DNA of 64,000 nucleotides from Chlorokybus atmophyticus. Its lineage: Eukaryota; Plantae; Mesostigma and Chlorokybus algae. Positions 1-12,000 of the stretch are shown piece after piece. Positions within the stretch are counted from its first letter, which is position 1. Each line of letters begins with the position of its first letter. The notes under the pieces were generated by a model. That model made no database searches. It saw only the letters and a list, made by a program, of their open reading frames with translations, and had not been told where the DNA came from. The translations under genes were made by a program, and so were the position numbers. Location of the stretch: positions 373,757-437,756 of the forward strand of contig RHPI01003124.1 in NCBI GenBank assembly GCA_009103225.1, read 5' to 3'.

Positions 1-1890
1 AGGCCGACGCAGAACACTATCCCACAGGGTTGCCACCGTAAGAAAGCCTGCCTCTGCCCAATGCCGTCAGTAGCGCCTACAAGGTTGAAAGCCACCCACC
101 ACCTAGCCGAGCGCGTCCACAACGTGTGCATTGTGAAAGAGAGGCTGTCTCAAAACCTCATCAAAGTTTGTTGGTGACGGCGCAGCAGGGCGGACCTGCA
201 TCCACGCCTGAAAGATGTTGCGCCAATGTACCGGAAGGTGCCGAATGGGCAGGCCGACAGCATACAGGGCCGCCCCTTTAGGTACCCAGCGTATCAAGCG
301 AGAAAGGTCTGTCCGTGAGGGGAGGTGCTCAGTGCCCCACATGTCAACCTGATGAAAGCCCGGCACCTTCCATTCCGCCCATGTGGGGTCCATCAAGCGG
401 GCAGCCCACTTGGCTAGTAAAGCCGTGGTTTGCCATGTCGGGTGCAGCACCCCTAGGCCCCCAAGCCGCTTGGGCAAGCAAACAGTGGGCCAGTTCACTT
501 GCCCGCCTCTGGCACGCCGGGGTCATGCCGCCATATGTACCCCCTACAGTTGGCGGTTAGCTGTTTATAATCTGTCGCCGGGGGAGAGGCTATCGCTGCT
601 AGATACCAGAGACATGACAGGACAGTCTGGTTGGCTGTAAGAGCCCGCCCCACCAAGGATAAGTGCTGGCGCGATCATAGCTCAAGCTTGCGCCGCATCT
701 TGGCTATCACCTCGGTAAATAGCTGTTCCTGGTGGACAGAAATCCCCATGGGGACACCAAGAAGAGAGACCGCTTCCCCTGCTGACAGCCAATGCACCTC
801 CCAGTCCGGGGGGGGGGGTATCCGAGGGAGGACCTAGAAGAATGCCTTTCAACTCCTTAGGTTGAGCTTGGACTCCGAGGCCAGGCCATACAGGTCCAGG
901 ACTTTGCGAAGGGCGTGGAAGCTGCTCGAGGCGAGAGCAATGTAGACCTCCGTGTCGTCCACGTATCCTATGTACTTCAGCTCGTGGGCCTCGTCCTGCA
1001 GTTCATCCGAGTTTTGCAACCGTATGCCCTCAACCTCAGGGGTGATGCGGAGGAGAGCACCCAAACACTCAGTGGCAAGGATGAAAAGAGAGGGAGCCAA
1101 TGGACAGCCCTGTTGCACACTGCGGTGCAGAGCGAAGGGAGAAGACGTTGTGGCCGTTCACTAGCACCGAGCTCCAGCTCCCCCCATGCGTACCCATTGC
1201 CAAAGGAAAGGTTGGGCCAAAGCCCAAATGCGAGAGCGCGCCATCTAGAAAGTGCTAGACTAACCGGTCGAATGCCTTCTCAAAGTCTAGCAGGAGAAGG
1301 GCACCGTGCTGCCCTGTGTGTGCATCATGCTGCATAGCGTCCAGGGCCACTAGCACATTGTCCAGGATGTACCTGTGGCGCACAAAGCCTGCTTGCGACG
1401 GGTGGACTGCCGTAGGAAGCATAGGCGCCACGCGAACTGTTAGAGCTTTAGCCAGAATCTTGTAGTGGGTGGGTAGCAGCGTGATGGGCCGCAAGTTGCG
1501 AAGGTCAGACTGTTCTCCTTTCTTGTGCAACATGAGGATGATCCCCTCTCACTGACCTTCACCCAACTGCCCTTCCGCTAGAACGTGCTGACAGTAAAGA
1601 GAATAATCCTCCCCTAAGAGAGGCCATGCAGTCTGCCAGACCGTGGTGAGGCCGTCCTTGCCTGGGGCTTTGTGCGGGGCCATGCTCTGTAGTGCAGCGT
1701 GCAACTCGAGCAGCGTCAGCGGAGACTCCAAGACCTGAGCTTGCTGAGCGGAGACCTTCCTATCCAATGCCTGCCAACACTGTCGGGCTGCAGCTGCCTT
1801 TTTTGCTGGCGGGGAGGGCGAGGAGGTGTATAGCTTGTGGTAGAATGCTGAGACCTCGTCCAACATACCACTATTGCTGGTCACCGGTGT
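1..1890 (-). mobile_element. Degenerate L1-clade (L1/Tx1-like) non-LTR retrotransposon ORF2 fragment, 5'-truncated, running off the window start
   Basis: Frameshifted minus ORFs give the RT motifs in order: NLRPITLLPTHYKILAK, SQAGFV, LLLLDFEKAFDRL, QGCPLAPSLF, YVDDT. Downstream is WPTVCLPKRLGGLGV; upstream is the linker KAPGKDGL. Confidence 0.9.
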
Positions 1891-2665
1891 TGGCAACGGC
1901 TCATGGGCATGAGTGACAGAATGAAGCACGTGCGCCTGAGTGTGAGGACGGCCCCCAAGCCGCAGCAAACCCCGAAGCTACCGCATCTGTACATGTTGTT
2001 TAAACTGCACAAAGACCCACCGAAGCCCCGCTTCATAGCGGCAGCCTCAGAGACCTCTTTGACAGATGCCAGCGTGTGGTTGACAAGGGTGTACCAGAGC
2101 ATGGTCCCCATCTGGCATGACTTGTGGGCGGAGACAGTAGGTCTGCCCGATGTGCCATACAGCTGGATGATCACTGACCTGGCATTCGGCCGACTGCAAT
2201 CGGTATTCAACACCACTCACACAGCCAGAGACAAGCGCCAGCATCTGCAACTGCAGACTTTTGACTTCACTACGTTGTATCCACAGATACAGCACCAAGA
2301 TTTGCGGCACCGCATGAGGCGTTTGCTGGATGCCACGTACGACATGCAGTGGAAGCGGCGGCGTGCAACCCACTTGCATCTCAGCGTCCAATTGGATGGT
2401 TCAGTGAAACAGCAATGGACTGCAAACGCGCATTACCACACAGACGATGACGCAAGGCGCACATGCACAGCGCAGTCACTCAGTGATATGCTGCACTACG
2501 TGCTGCAGAGACGTCCGTACAAGTAGCGAACTGTACAGGCAGCAGCGAGGAATCGCAATGGGCAATACCGCAGGAGTTTATTTAGCCAATGCCTATTTGC
2601 TAACGAGCTGGACTTCATTCACCGCCTACGCATGCAAGGTTACGCGGAGTTGGTGGGACAGTGTG
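1891..2665 (+). mobile_element. Penelope-like element (PLE) reverse transcriptase fragment, truncated before the YxDD motif
   Basis: KLPHLYMLFKLHKDPPKPRFIAA, TFDFTTLYPQIQHQDL and, after a frameshift, YRQQRGIAMGNTAGVYLANAYL..ELDFI match PLE RT motifs (Naiad/Chlamys-like by inference). Confidence 0.75.
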
Positions 2666-3600
2666 CATGTGGCACCTCCTGCGCAAACATGTGAAGGCCG
2701 AGCTCAGTGGCGCTGCCAACTATATTCTGTGGCGGGCCTACACGAGTGCGGTGTATTGGCAAGAAGACCTTGTGCATGAACTTGCAGCTGTGGATATCAG
2801 CGGCCTTGCACATCGCAGCAGTGGCCCTGCTTCAACTTTCGACGTCCGCGCAGTTCAAGCACACGCGCGCTGCCCACGCCGTTGTGCGAGTGGAAGACAG
2901 CCCCCTCTAAACCACAGTCACAGGTGCGGCAAGGAGGGGCACTTCATGCGGGTATGCTCGATGCCACGCGCTGATGCCCTTTGCAACCATTGCGGAATGG
3001 AGGGGCATCTCAAAGTTGTTTGCTACACGTTGCATTTCAAATGCAACGTGTAGCAAACACATGTGAGAGCTGAGGAAGGCTCTGAAGGCAAAAACCTCTT
3101 CCGTCGGCGCTGGCACCGAACATAAAAATGTCGACATCAACAACCCCAAACAAACAACAATGGCAAGTGGAAGGGGAAGGGCAAAGCCGGCCCTCTCAAC
3201 GGCAAAAAGGCTGGAGGTAAAGCAGCAGCCAAGGTTGCTGCCTTCGATAAGGTCAATCCTGACCTACACGGCGAACGAGACAACCTCTTGGCAAAACTCG
3301 AGGACCTTCGCAGTCGGAGGGACGAGCTTGAGGACCTCCTCAAATGTGATCAGCTGGCAACTTGCCAAGCAGGGCCCGCTCGGCCACCCGACCATTGCTG
3401 GCTCCCATCTCAAGGAGCTCCTTGCTCTTCACGCGTTTTGTTGGGGCAGCTCGTCGCTCACTCCCTCGTTCGCCACACAGCCGCTCCCCTTCCCCACCAT
3501 CACGACGCATGCGGATGGGGTCACCGTCAGCCGAGGCCGCCACCGCCGCCACCGCCACCATAGCTGCCGCAACGGGCGCCGGCACTACCGCTACCTAGCC
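2661..3600 (+). mobile_element. Degenerate gag/ORF1-like TE region with two CCHC zinc knuckles
   Basis: HRCGKEGHFMRVC and CNHCGMEGHLKVVC (CX2CX4HX4C-type), followed by basic GKWKGKGKAG and coiled-coil LLAKLEDLRSRRDELEDLL segments with stops. Element class not assignable. Confidence 0.55.
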
Positions 3601-4535
3601 CGACACCGCCACTGCTGATGCTGGTGTCACCAAGCTAGCAACAGCACCAACCGCAGCAGCCATCAATGCTGCCGCTGCACCAAGCTGCTGCACATGGCGG
3701 TCCACCGCCATCAGCCCAAAACCAACCAATTGGGGGTAATTGCAATTACCCCGCATCGGTCACCTACCCTTCACGTACATCAGCAGCCCCAGCGGAAGAA
3801 TGGGCCGCACTGCTCCTGAACTCGGCGCAGACAAGACCACCACCACTACCAAGATACTCTGTTTTAGTGACCAGCGTAGAGGGGCATGCGCAACAATGGG
3901 GCGAACTTCAAACAACCTGGCGGAGTTGATCTACATCAATCCAAGGCCTTCGTTCTGAGACCTGCCCCGTAATGAGGAGGCTCTAACTGAGTGGGTGATT
4001 GAGTTTGCGACTTAACTGGCCTAGGCTTATCATCCCACCACACTTGGGCCTTTTTACAACCATCACCTGAAGGAGCTCATCACCAAACAGATACGTGAGT
4101 GTCATGCGAGGGACCCTCGATACCGAATGACCTCGGCTGATTCTCCTTGCCAGTGCACACGCATTGGTTAGAAGCATATATCAACCGCAGTAGTTGATCC
4201 CGAGAAACTGCATCAGTGGCACAACGTGGCCGACGGAGGAAGGTCAAGCGCCGCCGATATGATGGACTGACCAGAGCAGAAGCGCGCGGACATTATGGCG
4301 GGAAACTCGGCACGCAGCTGAACAGGCGCAAGGAAGAGCGAGAGGCTTCGGAGAAGTACGGCCGTGGCGTTACAGATCTTTAGCCCAATTGTTGCTAGTG
4401 TACTATTGGTGCGGCAGTCGAACTGCCAGTTGCTAGCTCGGACATATATATACTATGTATATATACTATGTGCAAATGTATTATTCCTTAGTGAGACAGC
4501 AAGTGTTTAAGTGAAACCGGAGTAACCCAGCTATT

Positions 4536-5676
4536 TTGCCATATCGTGAGTCAGATCCTTTCTGTGCTTGCGTATGCATGCTGGCTTCGCTTGAGTGTAT
4601 TCACGCACATGCGCATCAATTTACTATGTACTTGTCCTTGACTGCTTGCACTGTCTTGACTGTCTTGCACTGTCTCGCTAGCTTGCGCATGTGGCCCGAC
4701 AGGTTGCATGAGCCACGCAAACAACTAGGCGCTCTAGCCATTACATGGCTTATAGCCCTTACCTTGCGATATGACCGGCATCACCCGGCACCCCCGGCCC
4801 CACCGCGACCAGTGCACGACTATACCCTGCCGGACTTCGACCCATACACTAGAGATGAGCTTCAAGAGCAAGCACGTGCAGTAGCGCAGGACTTCGGGTA
4901 CATGGAGTTCAGCATGCTCCCTTTTGCCCCGCAGCAACTCGTACCCCTGAGGTACCCACACCAGCCCGGCTGGTGTGGGTACGTCCGGCGGTGCATTGGC
5001 ACTTCACAAACTTTATGGTGACGCACCCGTCACTCTGCAAGAGCTGCAGCTGTACACACAGCACACCGCACCATTATAAAGAGCATGCGATGCTATCAGT
5101 GCTACACCTTGCGACCCTAAGCATTACATGCGCGAGTGCACTCGGTTGCGCACCGCGCTATAGCTCATCCGGCTCGGTGAGCTGCGAGGAGGCATGATCG
5201 GAATGCGTGACACACTGGACATGCCTGCGGAGCGCTCCGACGGTGAAACCCAATGGATCAAGGCTATGGACGAGGACACGGCCTCCACCGTGGAGGATAT
5301 GACATACAGCTCACCGCGTCATCCATACAATGAACGCCGGCCTATCCGCATGCCCCACGCCTTGGTTAGTACCGCGCGCGATTGTCAGACAGATATGCGC
5401 TTGTTGAACCTGCAACAAGACAGGTTTCAGAACCCCGCCACGCTGCAAGAGGAGGATTTGCATGAGGCACTGGTAATTGCAAACCATGACGCGCTGCTCA
5501 GACGCAAGCAGGCATTTCAGACTTCTTACAGTTCCTCTCACCCACACACTGCCAACGACATCCAAACATGGCTGTTACAGCAGGGAGAGCACATGCGGCG
5601 TGAGGTGTACCTTCTGCGCACTCGTCAATTGCTGTCGGGCACTTACAGTGAGCGCTCCCTTGCTGCGATTAGCTAA
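4536..5676 (+). other. Unassigned degenerate coding region directly upstream of the old gypsy element
   Basis: ORF 4536-5021, plus a frame from ~4981 to 5676 that is open except for two isolated stops (TAA ~5077, TAG ~5161). No recognisable domain. Confidence 0.35.
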
Positions 5677-5740
5677 ATGGCACGGTCGCAGAAAACCCTC
5701 TGCGTCCGCGCTAAGGGGGGGGGGGGGGGGGGGGGGGGNA

Positions 5741-7213
5741 GTTGTTCCGCACAGGACGCTTCAGGTTATCGAATTTACTGAGGATCCTCGGCCTCGGCCA
5801 TACCGCAGCGTCCTCCCTTTTACCATTTTGCGTAACCTCACATCCCTTTCCTCACGAGTGGGCCCCTGGGGGGATGCCTGCACACAAGGCATGGAGCAGC
5901 TCCGTCGGCAAATCGCTCGCCGTGAAGGGATGTGGCATGAACTCCTGCCCCTTGAACGTGGCATCCCCAAAAGTATTTAATAATAATAATAATAATAATA
6001 ATAGTAATAAGCTGCAACGACTGGTCCTCTGACTTATTAAGCAGCAGCCCCTGGTGGACAACACCTTGGAGCCCGACCTCTTCGTCGGCCCAACTGCATG
6101 GCTGGAAACACTTCATCAGCAGGCTGCCCCGCCTCCTCGACCGTGTCGTCGACTATTGTATTCAACTCCCGCCATGGTTGCACGACAGAAGTTGCACAGG
6201 TGCCACCTCGGACATGCTTGAGAACAATGACGAGCTGCGCCGCTGGGAGGATTCATCCACCCAGCTCATGAGCACGATGCGGATGGCTGGTAGTTTTTAC
6301 CGAGCCATCCGCCACTAGGAGGACGACCCTGAGACGCGCAAACCGCGTCAGCTGGTAGTGCGCCAGGTGCGAGAGGGCACCGGGCCCTCTAAGGGAGTCC
6401 TGCAAGGCAACCCCACCCTAGTCACGGAGGAAGAGTGCGAATTGATGGCAACATATGTCAGCCTGCTGCCTATTCTACCCGTTGCCTCCTATGGAAACCG
6501 TCAAGGCCATCATTGGGAGCAAGCCATCAACGCCAAGACGTTACGCTTGGCCATTATGGCCAAGTTCAAAAGTGCAGTGCAGGCCGCTACTTTTTATGTG
6601 CCTCACTGCAGTCCGCATGCCCCCCAGCCGGCCCACCTTCTCCACCTGCTGGCTCGCCTGACTACCCTCCTTCCAAGGGGCACCGCTCTCCATCCCCCGG
6701 TTCCTTGACTAGCGGGACGGATGTCTCCTTATACTCCCCTCCGAAAGAACACACCCCAGCAACCAGCGGGGACATATCACCTTTGCACACCATCCTTGGT
6801 CGCCTCGCCACTTTCTGTTCAACACCGGCGCACACCTAGTCATTTTTGGCATGCGCATTGCGGAGCGTCTTGGCATTGACCTTGATAACTATAGACAAGT
6901 TCTCACATGAGATACGCACCGCTGAAGGCGGCCTTAAGACCCATACGGGGGAGACACGCCAGCGCATACCTCCGCGGTTTGCCAGGTACCAGCAAGAAGA
7001 GACTACGTTCTTGAGTGTGTGCTGCCTTATCTCTAACTTGAAGATGTTTGACAGTCATGTTGGCATAAAGGCCCTATTTCCCATTGGTGCGGCAATTGTT
7101 ACGTGTGGACAGATTACGCAAAAATCCGTGGACGCTGGCACCAAGGAGATGGCACACCAGCAGCTATCACCCTGCGCCTTCGCACCTCATCACAAATTCT
7201 TCACAGCCATCCA
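5741..7213 (+). mobile_element. 5' part (gag-like region and aspartic protease) of an old Ty3/gypsy element, interrupted at 7213 by a younger chromovirus
   Basis: At 6812 FLFNTGAHLVIFGMRIAERLGID (DTG decayed to NTG), then IRTAEGG and FDSHVGIKALFPIGAAI (FDVLLG-type flap motif). The frame resumes after the 13258-13262 TSD. The 5' boundary is uncertain and lies next to a poly-G/N gap. Confidence 0.65.
5978..6010. repeat. (TAA)n microsatellite inside the old element
   Basis: Direct reading of the sequence. Confidence 0.9.
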
Positions 7214-7880
7214 TGTAACAGTCAGGGCCAAATTCTGTGATTTTCATGGCCGTTTTAGGCCTTATTTGTGAGGTACATGTTTTTAATGACTTGCGGATAT
7301 CGGCGAGTTATGAGTCTGCCGCGGATATCGACCGGGGCCCCAAGACCAGTCCGGAAGGTGCCAGAAAACGGAGGGCCAGTCGAGAAGGGCTCGACCAGAT
7401 TTCTGGAAGGGCCTGGCGCCAAGTAGTATAACTTGACCATATGAGCAGCAAATTAGGAGATCTTTGGTGCGTTGGAAAGGTCTAGAAGTGTACTACAAGA
7501 TTCTGCAAGAATATCTTAGCTTCTAGTTCCGTCTAGCGCTAGAATCGTCTAGACAGTAGCATGTGCAGACTGGTAGGTATAAAAGTGACATTCTACAATT
7601 TGCAATACAACCTTTAGCTCCCTAGTTTCTGGTGTGCAAGCTTGGTGGTGGTTAGCAGGGGTTGCTAGCGTGTGGCCACCGGTGTGTGCTTGCTTGTGTG
7701 ACGATCCAAGGCGCTACACAAGTCGGTGTAGCTTCGAGCGCATGCGCGTGCGTACGCGAGTGGCGGGGCGCGTGTGTGTGCTTGGCAGAGGGGGCAAGGT
7801 TCCGGTGTGAATACCGTGTCTTGGTGAGAGGGTTGTGGATTGGACCAACTCACAGGTGACAAGGCACGAGCACCGTCACA
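7214..7880 (+). repeat. 5' LTR (667 bp)
   Basis: TGTAAC...GTCACA termini; matches 12586-13257; TATAAAAG at ~7578. Confidence 0.97.
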
Positions 7881-7882
7881 AC

Positions 7883-7894
7883 TGGTATCGGAGC
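7883..7894 (+). promoter_or_regulatory. Primer-binding site, tRNA-iMet-like
   Basis: TGGTATCGGAGC two bases after the 5' LTR; one mismatch to the canonical TGGTATCAGAGC. Confidence 0.8.
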
Positions 7895-7974
7895 ACGGTT
7901 TACGAAGGTGAGAGAGGAAGTGTGTGGGCGTTTACACTTTTCATTCGGAAGCGGAGTGTAGTGTGTTAGTGGAG

Positions 7975-9003
7975 ATGGAGGATGCTCGCATGGAAGAGCT
8001 TCAAGCTGCCATCTTGGCACTGAGGGAAGAGCTTCATCACACTCAAGCGGCGGCACAAGCACAACGCGAGGCGTATGAGCATGCGATGGCGCGTGTACAA
8101 ATTCCCATGGCATCAAGCTCGCGCGTGCATGTGAAGGTGCCAAAGCCCAAGCCATTCAAGGGTCAACGTGATGGAGATGCAGTGGATGAATGGATTTTTC
8201 AAGTATCGTCTTGGTTGAAGCTCACGGAGGTGCCCACGCATCTGCACGTGGAGGTTGCAGCGACATTGCTTGAAGGTGCAGCACTTGTGTGGTGGAGGCA
8301 TCGATGTACGCGTGTTGCAAACGGGTTGGCGCTACCATTGACCACCATGGAAGAGTTGGCACTGGAGGTCAGGCATCAATTTGTTCCCGTTGAGAGCGTG
8401 AAGGCCGCACGCGACAAACTTGCAGCCCTTGTGCAAATGGGGTCGGTGATGGCGTACACGGCCGCGTTTCAGCGATTGGTGATGTCCATACCAAATATGA
8501 CCGAGGAGGAGCAGTTGGACAGGTATACACGTGGTTTAAAACCTTTGGGGCGTAAGGAAGTGGAGCTACGGGACCCGAAGACACTCGCGGAGGCTATACG
8601 CATCGCGGAGCGTGTCGACGCGTTGTACTTCAAGTCCACCACAAGAAACACTGACTGGAGGCAAAGGCATGGTGATCAGCCCCGGGGAGGCTTTCAACAT
8701 GCATGGAGACGAGGAGAACCAAGTTCAGCACTTGCCTATGAAGGTGGAGCTGACTCTGGGCCTGCACCAATGGAGGTGGGTGCCATACACACACAGGGAT
8801 GTGGGGCGAAGCACGGCGGACGTGGTGAAAGAGGTAAAGGTGTGCGCAAGTGTTATGCGTGTGGGTCGACGGAGCATTTGGCGTACGGATGCCCCAAACG
8901 AAGCACGCAAAGGCCAACACCGGATGGCAACCCTCGCCGTGATCGTCGCGTCAACACCATGGAGCAAAATGGCGTGGAGCAGGAAAACGACTTCCCCCAG
9001 TAG
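7975..9003 (+). CDS. gag: Chromovirus Gag
   Basis: VPKPKPFKG..VDEWIFQ, retrotransposon gag core, PAPMEVG motif, knuckle CYACGSTEHLAYGCP. First ATG at 7975. Confidence 0.93.
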   Translation: MEDARMEELQAAILALREELHHTQAAAQAQREAYEHAMARVQIPMASSSRVHVKVPKPKPFKGQRDGDAVDEWIFQVSSWLKLTEVPTHLHVEVAATLLEGAALVWWRHRCTRVANGLALPLTTMEELALEVRHQFVPVESVKAARDKLAALVQMGSVMAYTAAFQRLVMSIPNMTEEEQLDRYTRGLKPLGRKEVELRDPKTLAEAIRIAERVDALYFKSTTRNTDWRQRHGDQPRGGFQHAWRRGEPSSALAYEGGADSGPAPMEVGAIHTQGCGAKHGGRGERGKGVRKCYACGSTEHLAYGCPKRSTQRPTPDGNPRRDRRVNTMEQNGVEQENDFPQ

Positions 9004-9056
9004 GTGAGGAGGCTACTGCTGGGGATAGGAAGGAGCCTCATGCACGGACGGATGCT

Positions 9057-12000
9057 GTGACATTTCCATTAAAGAAGCAAGAAGAGATGGCTTTGAACGC
9101 GCCAATGGTGGTGAGTTATGCAAACGAGGAGACAACAAAGTACTTCGGGCTTCGAGCACACATTTGCTATGACCAAGGACAATGGAGAGAGTGTAAGCTC
9201 ACGATTGATAGCGGTGCCAACAGCAACTTTATGAGTATTGATATTGCGCGGCGTTACGGTTGGCTTTCGTCATTACGAGGAGGTGAAGTGAAGCTCGCTG
9301 ATGGAGAGCCACCCTCTGGAGGTGATGGCGCTGCGTTTATGACCAAAGAGTTGTGCGTTCGCATTGGGAAGATGAAGGAGAGCATGCGATTTTGCTGCAT
9401 CACCCTACGGAACGGGTTTGATGGGATTTTGGGACTACCGTGGCTATGGCAACATAATCCAGCCATCAATTGGAGGAAGCGCGTGCTCACCATCGAGCGA
9501 AACGGTGGAGAGTCCATTCAAGCTGCATCGGACGTCATCGAGGCGCGGCACGCACAATTAGGTGGTACGACAATTGCCCAGATCTCTTATGTGCAATTGA
9601 GGAAGTTATTGTCTCCACGGAAGGCAAAGGCTGCATGGTTGTGCGTGGTGCGCGAAAACACTGCAAAGTCAGCACCGGAGCTGAGTGACGATGTTCAGAC
9701 GGCTACTATGGACCCCGAGGTGTGTAAACTTGTTAAAGAATACCAAGATACCATGGTGGACGGACTTCCATCTGGTCTACCACCTCCACGGAGCGTAGAC
9801 CACCGTGTGGAGCTGATGGAGGGCGTGCACAAGCCACCGTATCGACCCGTATACAAGTTGTCACCTTTGGAACTGGAAGAGGCCGAGAGGCAGGTGGCGG
9901 ACTTGCTGGAAAGAGGCTACATCAGGCCTAGTAAGTCCCCCTATGGTGCACCTATTTTGTTTGTACGAAAGAAGAACGGGAGCTTGCGCATGTGCGTCGA
10001 CTACCGAGCTCTCAACAACATCACGAAGAGGAATTGCTTTCCACTCCCACGTATCGACGAGTTGCTGGAGCAATTGCAAGGTGCGCAGTACTTCACAACA
10101 CTTGATCTTGCTGGAGGTTATCACCAAATTCGCATCGCGCCCGAGGATGTGGAGAAAACAGCTTTTAACACACGTTATGGGCACTACGAGTGGTTGGTCA
10201 TGTCCTTCGGACTTACGAACGCACCGGCAACATTTCAAACGCTTATGAACAGCGTTTTTGCTGACTTGATTGGTAAGGGAGTCCTCGTGTACCTCGACGA
10301 CATTTTGGTGTACGCGACAACAAAGGAGGAGCACGTGGCACTTCTACGGCGCGTGTTGCAGCGTTTGCGCGAACACAAGTTGTACGCCCAGCTACAGAAG
10401 TGCAAATTCTTGCTTCGAGAGGTGGAGTACCTAGGCCACATTGTGTCGCATGAAGGCATCAAGCCGGACCCCAACAAAGTGCAGGTGGTGCGCGAGTGGG
10501 CTGCCCCGACCAATGTAAAGGAGGTGATGTCCTTTTTAGGCCTTGCGGGGTATTATCGCAAGTTTATCATGGGGTTTTCGCGCATAGCTGCTCCCTTGAC
10601 TACCCTACTCAAGAAGGGAAAGCATTGGAGCTGGTCAGCAACAGAGGAACATGCATTTGCTGCGTTGAAGAAGGCGCTGACGGAGGCACCAGTCCTGGCT
10701 CACCCCAACATGGAAAAGACATTTATTTTGGCTTGCGACGCGTCCGACACAGCCGTAGGAGCTGTTTTGCAGCAAGACCATGGCAACGGCCTTCAACCAG
10801 TAGCATTCTTCAGCAAGAAGATGAGTGGTGCGGAGCTGAATTACCCCGTGCACGAGAAGGAACTTTTAGCGCAAGTCATGGCGCTACGACAATGGCGTTG
10901 TTTTCTGGAAGGCAAAAAGTTCGTGCTTGAGACGGATCACTCTCCACTGAGGTACTTACAAACACAACCTCATCTGAGTCGCAGACAAGCTCGATGGCTT
11001 GAGTTCTTTCAACTTTTTGACTTCGATATCAAGTACAAGCCCGGTACGTCAAATGGTGTTGCTGACGCGCTGAGCCGGCTTAATGCAATTGAGGCACTCG
11101 CTCAAGTGCAGCCCGAGTGGACCGACCAGATTCGGCAAGTGCTTCGTGAAGACACGGAGGGTATGAAAGTGTTGCAAGAGCTGAAAAATACAGCTACGGA
11201 CACAAGTGGGCACTGGTCACTGCGCGACGGGCTGCTGTGGCACCATGGGCGCTTGTACATCCCCAACGTCGCGCATATCCGTGTGAAGTTGCTGAAGGAA
11301 GCTCATGACGTGCCCATTGCTGGTCACCAAGGGTTGGAAAGGACTTTGGCAAGCTTAAAACAGCGTTTTTACTGGCGAGAGATGCATCGCGATGTGCGCG
11401 ACTACGTGGCGTTGTGCGACGCATGCCAAAGGGTGAAGGCAAGCAACCAAAAGCCAGGTGGGTTGCTGCAACCTCTCCCTGTGCCATTGTCCAAGTGGGA
11501 GCAAGTTACCATGGACTTTATCACGGGGCTACCAAAGACAAAAGAAGGGTACGACGCTATACTTGTGTTCGTCGATAAAACCAGCAAAATGGTACGCTTG
11601 GCACCGTGTAGTGAGTCTTGCACGGCACCGGAGGCAGCACGCTTGTTCGTGAAGCATGTATTTCGTTCTCATGGATTACCACGAAGCATTGTGAGTGATC
11701 GCGACCCGCGCTTTACAAGTAAGTTTTGGGAGGCGCTGCATAGTGCACTGGGTACCACACTGAAGTTTAGCACGGCATTCCACCCGCAAACTGATGGGCA
11801 AACGGAGCGGGCCAACCGTGTGATCGAGGACATGCTGCGTTGCTACGTTAACGCGCGACAAGACAATTGGGAGGAGCTGCTTGAGTTGGTTGAGTTTGCG
11901 ATCAACAACCACCACAATGCAAGCACAGGTGTCACTCCCTTCCTTATGAACTACGGGCAACATCCATTGACACCGTTGACGGCATGGACACCGCGACGAC

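Noticed and set aside
3983-4250. Minus-strand QFLGIN...LGQLSRKLN resembling the DIRS RT thumb
   Set aside because: No YxDD or RNase H nearby, and the plus frame looks at least as coding-like.
6930-6990. HTGETRQRIPPRF resembling a GIY-YIG motif
   Set aside because: Better explained as the middle of the gypsy aspartic protease, between DTG and the FD..VG motif.
7237-7440. Short sense and antisense ORFs repeated in all three LTRs
   Set aside because: Recurrence simply reflects LTR homology; no domain, and a 3-nt indel and end differences show no clear coding constraint.
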